From the IMG/VR virus record IMGVR_UViG_3300032285_002884: DNA of 64,000 bases. One strand, written 5' to 3'. This document shows positions 30,371 to 39,628 of the stretch, piece after piece. The notes beneath the pieces are model-generated. The model ran no database searches. It saw only the letters and a program-made list of their open reading frames with translations, and had not been told where the DNA came from. Each line of letters opens with the position of its first letter. The stretch's first letter is position 1. The position numbers and the translations under genes were made by a program. The stretch is from a virus.

Positions 30371-31366
30371 ATGGGAACGATCAACGCAACTACCGTCTTC
30401 GCAGACGACTACCTAGTAGCAAACTCAATAGTAGTCGGTAACTCGACTAGCAACCAGACGATCTCTGCTAACTCGACTCGCTTCTCTGTAGGCTCTAACG
30501 TCGTCATCAACTCGACCGCGATCTCTGTAGGCAACTCGACTGTCAACTCGGTACTCACGTCTACTGGTCTGACCACTAACAGCATCACGATCAATGGTAC
30601 TACCTACACCACCTTAACCAAATATGGTAACGTATACAACTATCAGGTGTTTACTGCTAACGGCACTTGGACTAAACCCGCAGGTGCTGGTCCTAACGAC
30701 CTCGTCACAGTCATAGCTTGGGGCGGCGGTGGCGGTGGAACTAACATTCCGGCGCTTGACGCCGGCGGCGGGGGAGGTGGTGCCTGCGTTATAGTTAACT
30801 TACTGGCCTCACAGTGCAACTCGGTCTGCAACGTAGTGGTCGGACTCGGCGGGACAGGTGGCGCTTCGAGCGCCAACGGAGCGAACGGAACTTCCTCTAT
30901 ATTCTATGCAAACTCAACCGTTCCAATTACGATAACATCATACGGTGGAGGTGGGTCTTTTGCTAACGCTTCTCTAGCAGTTGGTGGTCCAGGTGGAGGC
31001 TGGTTTGGACAAGGAGTCTTAAACGGCAACGGCGGCGGTCCCCTAGGCGGCACGATCGGCAATCCTGGATCTAGTTCTACTTTCGGCGGCGGCGGCGGGG
31101 CTAACTCAGCAGCTGGCGGTGATGCATGGGGCGGTTCTTCGGTATACGGAGGTGGTGGAGGCGGTAAGTTTACCTTTGGAGGCGGTGGAAACAGCGTCTT
31201 CGGGGGCGGTGGCGGTAGCTACCAAGGCTTAGGCGGGGTCTCTATCTTTGGTGGACAGGGAGGAAACGCAACTAATAGCTCAACTGCTCCTGGCGGCGGA
31301 GGCGGCGCTGGTTCGGGAAATGGTGCTCGCGGAGAAGTACGCGTCTGGGTTCAGAAGGTAGGCTAA
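30371..31366 (+). CDS. Gly-rich adhesin-like protein, paralogue 2
   Basis: FTANGTWTKP, WGGGGGG, ending GARGEVRVW. Confidence 0.7.
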   Translation: MGTINATTVFADDYLVANSIVVGNSTSNQTISANSTRFSVGSNVVINSTAISVGNSTVNSVLTSTGLTTNSITINGTTYTTLTKYGNVYNYQVFTANGTWTKPAGAGPNDLVTVIAWGGGGGGTNIPALDAGGGGGGACVIVNLLASQCNSVCNVVVGLGGTGGASSANGANGTSSIFYANSTVPITITSYGGGGSFANASLAVGGPGGGWFGQGVLNGNGGGPLGGTIGNPGSSSTFGGGGGANSAAGGDAWGGSSVYGGGGGGKFTFGGGGNSVFGGGGGSYQGLGGVSIFGGQGGNATNSSTAPGGGGGAGSGNGARGEVRVWVQKVG

Positions 31367-31367
31367 C

Positions 31368-32306
31368 ATGATAAACTTAAATGTAAGCAACTCAAGCGTA
31401 TCAAACGCGATAGTGACTCAGTCAGTCACCGTCAACAGCGTATACATCGACGACTCGCTAACGGTAGGCGCAGTCTCAGTCAACTCTTCACAGATCACCG
31501 TAGGTTCTTCGGTCGCTAACTCTTCTGTGTTCTCTGTACCACAGCTGACTCTAGGTGGAGTCGCTTGGATTGGTAGTTCATATGGTGCGATCGTCAACAC
31601 TCAGATCTTCACGGCCAACGGTACGTGGACAAACCCAATATCAAACTCTTCACTGGGTCTTACTGGCAGTGAGCAGGTCTTAGTCATGATGTGGGGTGGC
31701 GGCGGAGGTGGCTATAACGCAAGTGGTCCTGCAGGTGCTGCGGGCGCCGGCGGTGCGTGTGTTGTTGTAAACTTACTGGCGTCTCAGTGTAATTCCGTGT
31801 GTAACGTCGTAGTTGGAGCTGGAGGTGGCGCCAATACAAATGGAAGTAATAGTATATTTTACGCTAATAGCAGTGTTCCAATAACTATAACCGCTTACGG
31901 TGGTGGTGCTGCTATAAGTGGCGTTGGCGGTGGCGGCGGAGGATGGTTTGGTGTCGGATCTGCTGGAACTGGCGGTGGACCTCTAGGCGGAGCTACTGGA
32001 AGTCCTGGCGGTGTATCTACGTTTGGAGGCGGCGGAGGAGGTGGATCTACTGGAGCTGTTGCAGGGGGGAGTTCAGTGTATGGAGGCGGAGGTGGCGCGA
32101 GAGACTCTGCTGCTGGTGGTTCATCAATATATGGCGGTGCTGGCGGTACAAGAGCATTAGCAGTAGCTAATTCTGTTTTTGGCGGAAATGGTGCTAATAA
32201 CACAACAGCTGCAACTGCACCAGGAGGCGGTGGCGGTGCGGGCGCAGACGTAACCACTTACATTGCAGGAGCGCGCGGTGAGGTCCGCGTCTGGGTGATC
32301 AAGTGA
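31368..32306 (+). CDS. Gly-rich adhesin-like protein, paralogue 3
   Basis: FTANGTWTNP, MWGGGGGG, ending GARGEVRVW; shares NLLASQCNSVCNVVVG and IFYANSxVPITIT with paralogue 2. Confidence 0.7.
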   Translation: MINLNVSNSSVSNAIVTQSVTVNSVYIDDSLTVGAVSVNSSQITVGSSVANSSVFSVPQLTLGGVAWIGSSYGAIVNTQIFTANGTWTNPISNSSLGLTGSEQVLVMMWGGGGGGYNASGPAGAAGAGGACVVVNLLASQCNSVCNVVVGAGGGANTNGSNSIFYANSSVPITITAYGGGAAISGVGGGGGGWFGVGSAGTGGGPLGGATGSPGGVSTFGGGGGGGSTGAVAGGSSVYGGGGGARDSAAGGSSIYGGAGGTRALAVANSVFGGNGANNTTAATAPGGGGGAGADVTTYIAGARGEVRVWVIK

Positions 32307-32369
32307 AATATATACTTTAAATGAAAATTGCAGGCTCTTTGAAACAGTATTTTGCTAACCAAGTAAGCC

Positions 32370-32377
32370 TATAAATA
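32370..32377 (+). promoter_or_regulatory. T4-type late promoter for the neck/tail operon
   Basis: TATAAATA upstream of the gp13 SD (ggag). Confidence 0.8.
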
Positions 32378-32396
32378 GCTAAAATAGGAGTTACCC

Positions 32397-33137
32397 ATGG
32401 CGATACCCAACAGCCGCTCGTCTTTCAAGGAGTACTGCCTGCGCAAGCTAGGTAAGCCCGTCATCGAGATCAACGTCGACGACGACCAAGTAGACGACCG
32501 CATCGACGAGGCGCTGCTGTACTTTGCCGACTACCACTTCGATGGTACAGACAAGACGTACTACAAGTACCCGATCACGCAGCAGGACATGGCTAACAAG
32601 TACATCCAGCTGCCGGACAACATCATCGGTGCCGTGAACATCTTCGACGTCGGCGACGCCATGAACACCAACAACCTGTTCAACATCCGCTACCAGATCG
32701 CCCTCAACGACCTCTACACGCTCACGTCGGTCTCGATGGTGCCCTACGTCATGGCCCTCACCCACGTCCAGTTCCTTGAGCAGATCCTCGTCGGCAAGCA
32801 GCCCATCCGCTACAACCGCCACGTCAACAAGCTCTACATCGACATGGACTGGACCAAGCTACAGGTAGGCAACTACCTAATCGTCGAGTGCTATCAGGTA
32901 ATCGACCCCGACGTCTACACAAAGACATGGGGCGACCGCTGGCTCGCTCGCTACGCCACCTGCATCATCAAGCAGCAGTGGGGCGAGAACATCAAGAAGT
33001 ATCAGGGCATGCAGCTTCCAGGCGGAATGACATTCAACGGTCAGAAGATCTACGACGAGGCCATCGAGGAGAGGGCGGCGCTCGAGAAGGAGATGATCGA
33101 GAGCTACAGCATCCCAGTCTCAGACATGATCTACTGA
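32397..33137 (+). CDS. gp13: Neck protein gp13
   Basis: YCLRKLGKPVIEINVDDDQ..DRIDEA...KQQWGxN..K..LPGG..NG. Confidence 0.92.
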   Translation: MAIPNSRSSFKEYCLRKLGKPVIEINVDDDQVDDRIDEALLYFADYHFDGTDKTYYKYPITQQDMANKYIQLPDNIIGAVNIFDVGDAMNTNNLFNIRYQIALNDLYTLTSVSMVPYVMALTHVQFLEQILVGKQPIRYNRHVNKLYIDMDWTKLQVGNYLIVECYQVIDPDVYTKTWGDRWLARYATCIIKQQWGENIKKYQGMQLPGGMTFNGQKIYDEAIEERAALEKEMIESYSIPVSDMIY

Positions 33138-33138
33138 C

Positions 33139-33864
33139 ATGGCAACTAACTTCTTCTTCAACAACTTTAAGTCGTCTCAGGAACAGCTTCTCATCGAGAA
33201 TTTGATCATCGAGGCTATAAAAATTTACGGAGAAGACATGTACTATCTGCCTAGGACGCTAGGCAACCTAGACAAGATCTACGGCGCCGACGACTCTTCA
33301 AGCTATGACAAGGCAGTCTTGATCGAGATGTACATCAAGTCAGTCGACGGCTTCGGCGGCGACGGAAACTTCATGTCGAAGTTCGGTCTCGAGATCAGGG
33401 ACCAAGTGGTGTTCTCGGTCGCCAGAAGGGTGTTCAATGAGGAGGTCGCATCCCTCACCGCTCAGATCAGGCCTAACGAAGGCGACCTCATATACTTCCC
33501 ACTGAACAGCAAGTGCTTCCAGATCAAGTACGTCAACAAGTTCGAGATGTTCTACCAGCTCGGTGGACTCCAGACTTGGGAGCTTACGTGTGAGCTCTTT
33601 GAGTACTCAGGCGAGGTGTTCAACACCGGCATCTCTGAGATCGACAGCATCCAGGTCAAGTACAGCGAGAACATCTTTGACTACGAGATCCTCGACGAGG
33701 ACGGCGTGGCACTGGCTACTGAGGACCTCGACTACCTCGTCGTCGAGTCGTTCAATCCAGCTACCATCGACCCTCTCGCAGAAAATGACGAGATACAGAC
33801 ACAGTCAGATAAGTTCGTTGACTTCTCCGAACACGACCCATTCTCTGAGACAGGAACCTTCTGA
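33139..33864 (+). CDS. gp14: Neck protein gp14
   Basis: EQxLIENLIIEAIKIYG.DMYYLPR, SKFG, RPNEGDLIYFP, FYQLG. Confidence 0.92.
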   Translation: MATNFFFNNFKSSQEQLLIENLIIEAIKIYGEDMYYLPRTLGNLDKIYGADDSSSYDKAVLIEMYIKSVDGFGGDGNFMSKFGLEIRDQVVFSVARRVFNEEVASLTAQIRPNEGDLIYFPLNSKCFQIKYVNKFEMFYQLGGLQTWELTCELFEYSGEVFNTGISEIDSIQVKYSENIFDYEILDEDGVALATEDLDYLVVESFNPATIDPLAENDEIQTQSDKFVDFSEHDPFSETGTF

Positions 33865-34694
33865 TGTTCGGACAGTCATTCTACTTCAGCAGCATCAAGA
33901 AGTACGTCGTGCTATTCGGCACGCTCTTCAACGACATATACATCATCAGGACCAACAGCAGCACCGGAGACGAGACAGCGATACTCAAGGTCCCTCTGAC
34001 CTACGGACCACGCGACAAGATGCTCGCCCGAGTCGAGGCAGACCCCGACATCAGCCGTCCTACTGCCATCTCTCTTCCTACTATGACTTTCGAGCTCAAG
34101 AGGCTGAGCTACGACGGCAACAGGAAGCTGCCTACCATCAACACACGAGTCACCGCAAACAGCACGACTGCCGACTCAGTAAACTACCAGTACAATCCGG
34201 TAGCCTATAACTTTGACTTCGAGCTGACTATCCTAGTAAAGAACGCTGAGGACGGGTCTAAGATAATCGAGCAGATCCTTCCGTTCTTTACTCCTGACTG
34301 GACAAGTACTGTTAAGCTCATCCCTGAAATGAACGTAGTCGTCGACATCCCAGTGATCCTGAACAACGTCACCCTCAACGACGTATACGACGGCGACTTC
34401 AAGCAGAGGAGGACTCTGACTTGGACCCTCGACTTCACGATGAAGGGCTACATCTATGGGCCTGTCAAGCAGCACAAGACCATCAAGTTCGCCAACACGA
34501 ACTTCTACATCGCGAACACCGCAAATATAGCGGACGCGGTCGGTAAGGTAGTCAGTCAAGTCTTTATCCAGACACAGCCTGGACTCACCGCCGACGGCAA
34601 GCCTACTTCTAACACCGCCAACTCAGTCGACCCTCACACGATCTTAGCGACCGACGACTTTGGATACGTCATCAGCGTGACGGAGGAACAATGA
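33864..34694 (+). CDS. gp15: Tail sheath stabiliser/terminator gp15
   Basis: FGTLFNDI, KVPLTYGP, QILPFF.P and WTLDFTMKGYIYGP motifs. Confidence 0.92.
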   Translation: MFGQSFYFSSIKKYVVLFGTLFNDIYIIRTNSSTGDETAILKVPLTYGPRDKMLARVEADPDISRPTAISLPTMTFELKRLSYDGNRKLPTINTRVTANSTTADSVNYQYNPVAYNFDFELTILVKNAEDGSKIIEQILPFFTPDWTSTVKLIPEMNVVVDIPVILNNVTLNDVYDGDFKQRRTLTWTLDFTMKGYIYGPVKQHKTIKFANTNFYIANTANIADAVGKVVSQVFIQTQPGLTADGKPTSNTANSVDPHTILATDDFGYVISVTEEQ

Positions 34695-35113
34695 GTGATG
34701 AGAAGAAAGACCCAATAGCAGACGCCTTTGGAATGATTCCAATGTCTACTTCGAGTCAGGTCTCTGAGATAATCGCCAAGGCACACAGCGACAGCGCCAA
34801 GGATGACTTTGAGACGGCGCGAGCAAACATCTACAAGGTGATCGAGGGTGGAGTCGAGGCTCTAGACCAGCTCGGTCAGATCGCCGACCAGTCACAGAAC
34901 CCTAGGGCGTACGAGGTCTACTCTACCCTGATGAAGACCATCGTCGACGCCAACAAGGACCTGCTCGACATACAGAAGAAGATCCGAGACCTCAGCGGCG
35001 CGGACACGCCCATCAACGCCGCGGCCAAGACCATAAACAATAACCTGTTCGTCGGCTCGACTGCCGAGCTTCAAAAAGTGATTGAGAACTTAAAGAATGG
35101 CGGAGCAGAGTAA
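34691..35113 (+). CDS. gp16: Terminase small subunit
   Basis: DDFETARAN...PRAYEV...NNNLFVGSTAELQK. Confidence 0.9.
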   Translation: MSDEKKDPIADAFGMIPMSTSSQVSEIIAKAHSDSAKDDFETARANIYKVIEGGVEALDQLGQIADQSQNPRAYEVYSTLMKTIVDANKDLLDIQKKIRDLSGADTPINAAAKTINNNLFVGSTAELQKVIENLKNGGAE

Positions 35114-36737
35114 CATAACCTCGTTCAAGGGGTACAACGGCAACCCGAACATCAAGCGCTCGGGCATAGCCGTCGACTGGACTCCAGACCTAGTCAGCGA
35201 GTACATGAAGTGCTCACAGGACGTGGTGTACTTCACCGAGAAGTACATGAAGATCATCAACGTCGACAAGGGTCTCATCAGCTTCAAGCTATATCCTTAT
35301 CAAAAAGAAATGCTCAAGTCGATGGCCGACAACCGATACACGGTAATCGGTACGGCTCGTCAGGCCGGCAAGTCGACTACTACCTGCGCGTTCATCCTGT
35401 GGTACATCATCTTCCATGCAGAGAAGACCGTAGCCCTACTGGCCAACAAGGGCGATACCGCCCGAGAGATCCTAGGCAGGATCCAGCTGGCCTACCAGCA
35501 CCTTCCTAAGTGGCTCCAGCAGGGCGTCGTGGAGTGGAACAAGGGATCGTTTGAGCTTGAGAACAACTCGCGAGTCATCGCAGGAGCTACCTCTGCCGAC
35601 TCCATCCGCGGCTACTCCATCAACATGCTGTTCATCGACGAGGCAGCATTCATCGACAACTGGGATGAGTTCTTCACCTCGGTATTCCCGACCGTGTCTT
35701 CTGGTCAGACGACAAAGATCGTGCTCGTGTCTACTCCAAACGGGCTGAATCACTTCTACAAGACTTGGGTCGGAGCTGAGGAGGGCAGGAACGGATACAA
35801 CCCGATCAAGGTCGTGTGGCAGGACGTTCCGGGGCGCGACGAAGAGTGGATGAAGAACACCCTCGCCGCTATGAACAACGACACCGAGAAGTTCGCACAG
35901 GAATACTGTGTCGAGTTCCTTGGTTCTTCCGGTACTCTAATCGACGGATGGAAGCTCAAGGAGCTGGTGTACCAGCAGCCCGTAGCATACCACGAGGGTC
36001 TGTACCAGTACAAGAGACCCGAACGAGGCAGGAACTACGTACTAGTAGTCGACGTCTCAAGGGGCAAGGGTCTCGACTACTCGGCTTTTCAAGTGATCGA
36101 CATCACAGGGATGCCCTATGAGCAGGTCTGCACCTACAGAAGCAACACCATCACTCCTATGGACTACGCCGACGTCGTCAACAGGATAGGTAAGATCTAC
36201 AACTCAGCTGGCGTGCTCGTCGAGATCAACGACATCGGAGAACAGGTATCCACCTCTCTGCAGTACGACTTTGAGTACGACAACCTCCTCTATACCGAGA
36301 GCTTCGGTAGGTCTGGAAAGAGGATCACTACCGGCTTCGGCGGAGGCAACGCCGACCGAGGAGTCAGGACCACTAAGTCGGTCAAGGCCATCGGCTGCTC
36401 GATGCTCAAGATGCTGGTAGAGCAGAACCAGCTCATCATCAACGACTTCAACACCATCAACGAGCTGTCCACTTTCTCGAGAAAGGCACAGTCCTACGAG
36501 GCCGAGGCAGGCTGTCACGACGACTTAGTCATGCCTCTGGTCTTGTTTGGATGGATGTCTGACCAGAACTACTTTAAAGACTTCACCAACATAAATACAC
36601 TGATGAAGCTTAGAGAAAAGTCTGATGAAGATCTCTTAAGTGAGCTGATGCCTTTTGGATTCATGGACTTTGGCTCTGAAGAGATTGACTCGAGAGAAGT
36701 CATCGACGGTGACGAAGGCAATTGGCTCCTCAGATAA
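35097..36737 (+). CDS. gp17: Terminase large subunit
   Basis: YNGNPN, RQAGKST Walker A, FIDEAAF Walker B, STPNG, DVSRG and HDDLVM. Confidence 0.96.
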   Translation: MAEQSNITSFKGYNGNPNIKRSGIAVDWTPDLVSEYMKCSQDVVYFTEKYMKIINVDKGLISFKLYPYQKEMLKSMADNRYTVIGTARQAGKSTTTCAFILWYIIFHAEKTVALLANKGDTAREILGRIQLAYQHLPKWLQQGVVEWNKGSFELENNSRVIAGATSADSIRGYSINMLFIDEAAFIDNWDEFFTSVFPTVSSGQTTKIVLVSTPNGLNHFYKTWVGAEEGRNGYNPIKVVWQDVPGRDEEWMKNTLAAMNNDTEKFAQEYCVEFLGSSGTLIDGWKLKELVYQQPVAYHEGLYQYKRPERGRNYVLVVDVSRGKGLDYSAFQVIDITGMPYEQVCTYRSNTITPMDYADVVNRIGKIYNSAGVLVEINDIGEQVSTSLQYDFEYDNLLYTESFGRSGKRITTGFGGGNADRGVRTTKSVKAIGCSMLKMLVEQNQLIINDFNTINELSTFSRKAQSYEAEAGCHDDLVMPLVLFGWMSDQNYFKDFTNINTLMKLREKSDEDLLSELMPFGFMDFGSEEIDSREVIDGDEGNWLLR

Positions 36738-36808
36738 GAAGCACAAACCCATAAATACATCAAAGCTTCTCGCAATAATATCTTTCGGAGTCATGAAAGG
36801 AGACAAAC

Positions 36809-38899
36809 ATGGGATTCCAAGTCAGTCCAGGAGTAAGTGTTACTGAGATCGATCTAACGACGATCGTCCCTGCAGTAGCGACTACTCAAGGCGCCGTCGC
36901 TGGCGTTTTCCGCTGGGGTCCGGTCGAACAGCGCGTTCTCGTAGACACAGAGGCAACCCTAGCAGCACGCTTCGGTAAGCCTAATTCAAATACCGCCGAG
37001 ACTTGGTTCACAGCAGCCAACTTCCTCGGATACGGTAACATCCTCTACGTGACCCGTGCAGCTAACACGACCGACGCCAATACCGCTAACAACAACGCTT
37101 CTTACAACGCCCTCGCACTAGCGAACACTCTCGCTGTCAACTCGAGCTCGGCTAACCTCCTCCTTTCGGTGGTAAAGAACCAAGACGACTATAACTCAAA
37201 GAGTTCCTTCCCAGCCGACGTAAACTTCGTCGCTAAGTATCCTGGAGCCATCGGTAACTCACTCAGGATCTCGATGTGCTTGAGCCCTAACGCGTTCAGC
37301 AACACGATCTCGCTTACATCGAACTCAACCGGTGCACTCGGTAACTCGTCTGTCTGCGCCATCGCTTTCTCGCTTAACACGAACACCGCTACCGTCACGA
37401 TCCAGTCGGCTGACGGTACACAGGGTGTCACGAACTCAATCTCTGACTTCATTAAGTCAAAGCTCACACTCGGTGACTACATCACCGCAGGTAACAACCT
37501 CATCGGCACACAGAACCTAAAGATCTCGAGTTTCAGCAACACGACATATCCTGGATCTGCTGGTAACCCTGCCACATTCACCATTAACTTCTATGACACT
37601 TATCGTCTCTCTACCGCTTACTCTTCAAACTCTGTAAGCCGTAAGTGGGAGTACTTCAACATCGTCGACTCGGCTCCGACTCAGTCGAGCTACGTCAACC
37701 AGTTCGGCAACTCGGCTGCGATCGACGAAGTACACTTAGTAGTCGTCGACGAGAACGGCGACTTCTCAGGCGTTCCTGGAACGGTACTCGAGCGCTTCGC
37801 TCACCTCTCACGCGCTACAGACGCCAAGTCGCCCGACGGCGCTACACTCTACTACAAGACTGTCCTAAACAACCAGTCCCAGTACGTATGGTACGCGAAC
37901 GACGGTCAGGCGACCTCGGCTAACTCGCAGACAATCGCGAGCGTCTCTTCTACGATCGCACCTTACACGGTGTCTTTCTATCAGGGCGCAGACGGTCAGT
38001 CTGAGTCGAATATAGCTATCGGTGATCTAACCCGCGCATACAACAAGTACGCCTCAGTAGAAGACATCGACGTATCGATGATCCTTGCAGGTAAGTCAAA
38101 CGGCTATACCCTAGTCAACTGGCTCATCGACAACATCGCCGAGCAGAGAAAAGACTGCATGGTGTTCTTCTCGCCTCAGTACACTGACGTCGTCAACAAC
38201 GTCGGTAACGAGCGCGACGCGATCCTTGCTTTCCGCAACAACATGAACAGGTCGTCTTCTTACGCCGTGATGGATTCAGGCTACAAGCAGATGTACGACC
38301 GCTACAACGACTTGTATCGCTTCATACCTCTCAACGGCGACGTTGCAGGCCTCTGTGTCCGCACAGAAGTCCAGCGCGACGCTTGGTTCTCACCAGCCGG
38401 CTTCAACCGTGGTCAGATCAAGAACATCGTCAAGCTCGCCTACAACCCAACCAAGTCAGATCGCGACATTCTCTATCCACAGGGTGTCAACCCAGTCGTA
38501 TCGTTCCCAGGACAGGGCACGGTCCTCTACGGAGACAAGACCCTTCTCTCCAAGCCATCTGCCTTCGACCGCATCAACGTTCGCAGGCTCTTCATCGTCC
38601 TTGAGAAGGCCATCTCGACTGCGTCGAAGTTCACGCTATTCGAACTCAACGATCAGTTCACTCGTGCACAGTTCGTCAGTCTCGTCACTCCTTTCCTGAG
38701 AGACATCAAGGGTCGCCGTGGAATCACTGACTTCCTCGTAGTCTGCGACGACACAAATAATACTCCTGAGAGGATTGACCGTAACGAGTTCTGGGGTGAC
38801 ATCTACATCAAGCCAGCTCGCTCGATCAACTTCATCCAGCTTAACTTCGTGGCTGTCAGGACTGGCGTTCAGTTCTCAACGGTCGTCGGCCAGTTCTAA
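36809..38899 (+). CDS. gp18: Tail sheath protein
   Basis: SPGVSVTEIDLT, WFSPAGFNRG, SAFDRINVRRLF, KPARSINFI. Confidence 0.96.
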   Translation: MGFQVSPGVSVTEIDLTTIVPAVATTQGAVAGVFRWGPVEQRVLVDTEATLAARFGKPNSNTAETWFTAANFLGYGNILYVTRAANTTDANTANNNASYNALALANTLAVNSSSANLLLSVVKNQDDYNSKSSFPADVNFVAKYPGAIGNSLRISMCLSPNAFSNTISLTSNSTGALGNSSVCAIAFSLNTNTATVTIQSADGTQGVTNSISDFIKSKLTLGDYITAGNNLIGTQNLKISSFSNTTYPGSAGNPATFTINFYDTYRLSTAYSSNSVSRKWEYFNIVDSAPTQSSYVNQFGNSAAIDEVHLVVVDENGDFSGVPGTVLERFAHLSRATDAKSPDGATLYYKTVLNNQSQYVWYANDGQATSANSQTIASVSSTIAPYTVSFYQGADGQSESNIAIGDLTRAYNKYASVEDIDVSMILAGKSNGYTLVNWLIDNIAEQRKDCMVFFSPQYTDVVNNVGNERDAILAFRNNMNRSSSYAVMDSGYKQMYDRYNDLYRFIPLNGDVAGLCVRTEVQRDAWFSPAGFNRGQIKNIVKLAYNPTKSDRDILYPQGVNPVVSFPGQGTVLYGDKTLLSKPSAFDRINVRRLFIVLEKAISTASKFTLFELNDQFTRAQFVSLVTPFLRDIKGRRGITDFLVVCDDTNNTPERIDRNEFWGDIYIKPARSINFIQLNFVAVRTGVQFSTVVGQF

Positions 38900-38930
38900 T
38901 AAATAGAAGAAAAGCACAGGAGTAACTTAG

Positions 38931-39533
38931 ATGGCTTTTAATATCGACAACTTCAAGAGCTACGGCCTAACTAAGGGGGGAGCTCGTCCTTCCCTCTTCG
39001 AGATCCAGTTCGCCGCACCTCCTTCTATCTCTCTCAACAACTTGGCAGTGGGTAACAAGTTTACCCTACTCGCCGAGGCTGCTGAGCTACCAGCATCATC
39101 GGTCGCCGCCGTCCAGGTTCCCTACTTCGGTAGGAACATCAAGGTCGCCGGCGATCGTACCTTCGCCGACTGGACCGTAACGATCCTGAACGACGAAGAC
39201 TTCGCGATCCGCGCCATGCTTGAAAAGTGGCACAACGATCTCAACACTATAGTCTCGAACGTTCGTCTCCATAGCCGTCCATTCGCCTACAAGGCTGACA
39301 ACGTCATCGTTACTCAGTTCGCTAAGAGTGGTCAGAGACTTAGGTCTTACGAGTTCGTTGGTCTATTCCCAACTGAGATCTCAGCTATCCAGCTCGCTTG
39401 GGACACTACTAACCAGATCGAGCGCTTTACCTGCACGTTCTCGTACGACTACTGGAAGCCGGTAGGCGCAGACGAGAACTCAAACTTCGATACGTACGCA
39501 CAGGACGTCGAGAAGTTCCCAGGAACGATCTAA
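38931..39533 (+). CDS. gp19: Tail tube protein
   Basis: GGARPSLF, GRNIKVAGDRTFADWTVTILNDEDF, FPTEISAI.L. Confidence 0.95.
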   Translation: MAFNIDNFKSYGLTKGGARPSLFEIQFAAPPSISLNNLAVGNKFTLLAEAAELPASSVAAVQVPYFGRNIKVAGDRTFADWTVTILNDEDFAIRAMLEKWHNDLNTIVSNVRLHSRPFAYKADNVIVTQFAKSGQRLRSYEFVGLFPTEISAIQLAWDTTNQIERFTCTFSYDYWKPVGADENSNFDTYAQDVEKFPGTI

Positions 39534-39583
39534 TCAGTCTCAATATATAGTATGATGCCTCAACTATAGTGAATGTAATTATG

Positions 39584-39616
39584 AAGGGGGCTCATGATAG
39601 GGCCCCCTTTTATTTT
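39584..39616 (+). terminator. Rho-independent terminator after gp19
   Basis: AAGGGGGCTC-ATGATA-GGGCCCCCTT followed by a T-rich tract. Confidence 0.8.
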
Positions 39617-39628
39617 AGAGAGAGACAG

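Noticed and set aside
25968-32306. Diversity-generating retroelement or invertible shufflon acting on the adhesins
   Set aside because: No reverse transcriptase, recombinase, template/variable repeat pair or inverted cassette is present in the window.
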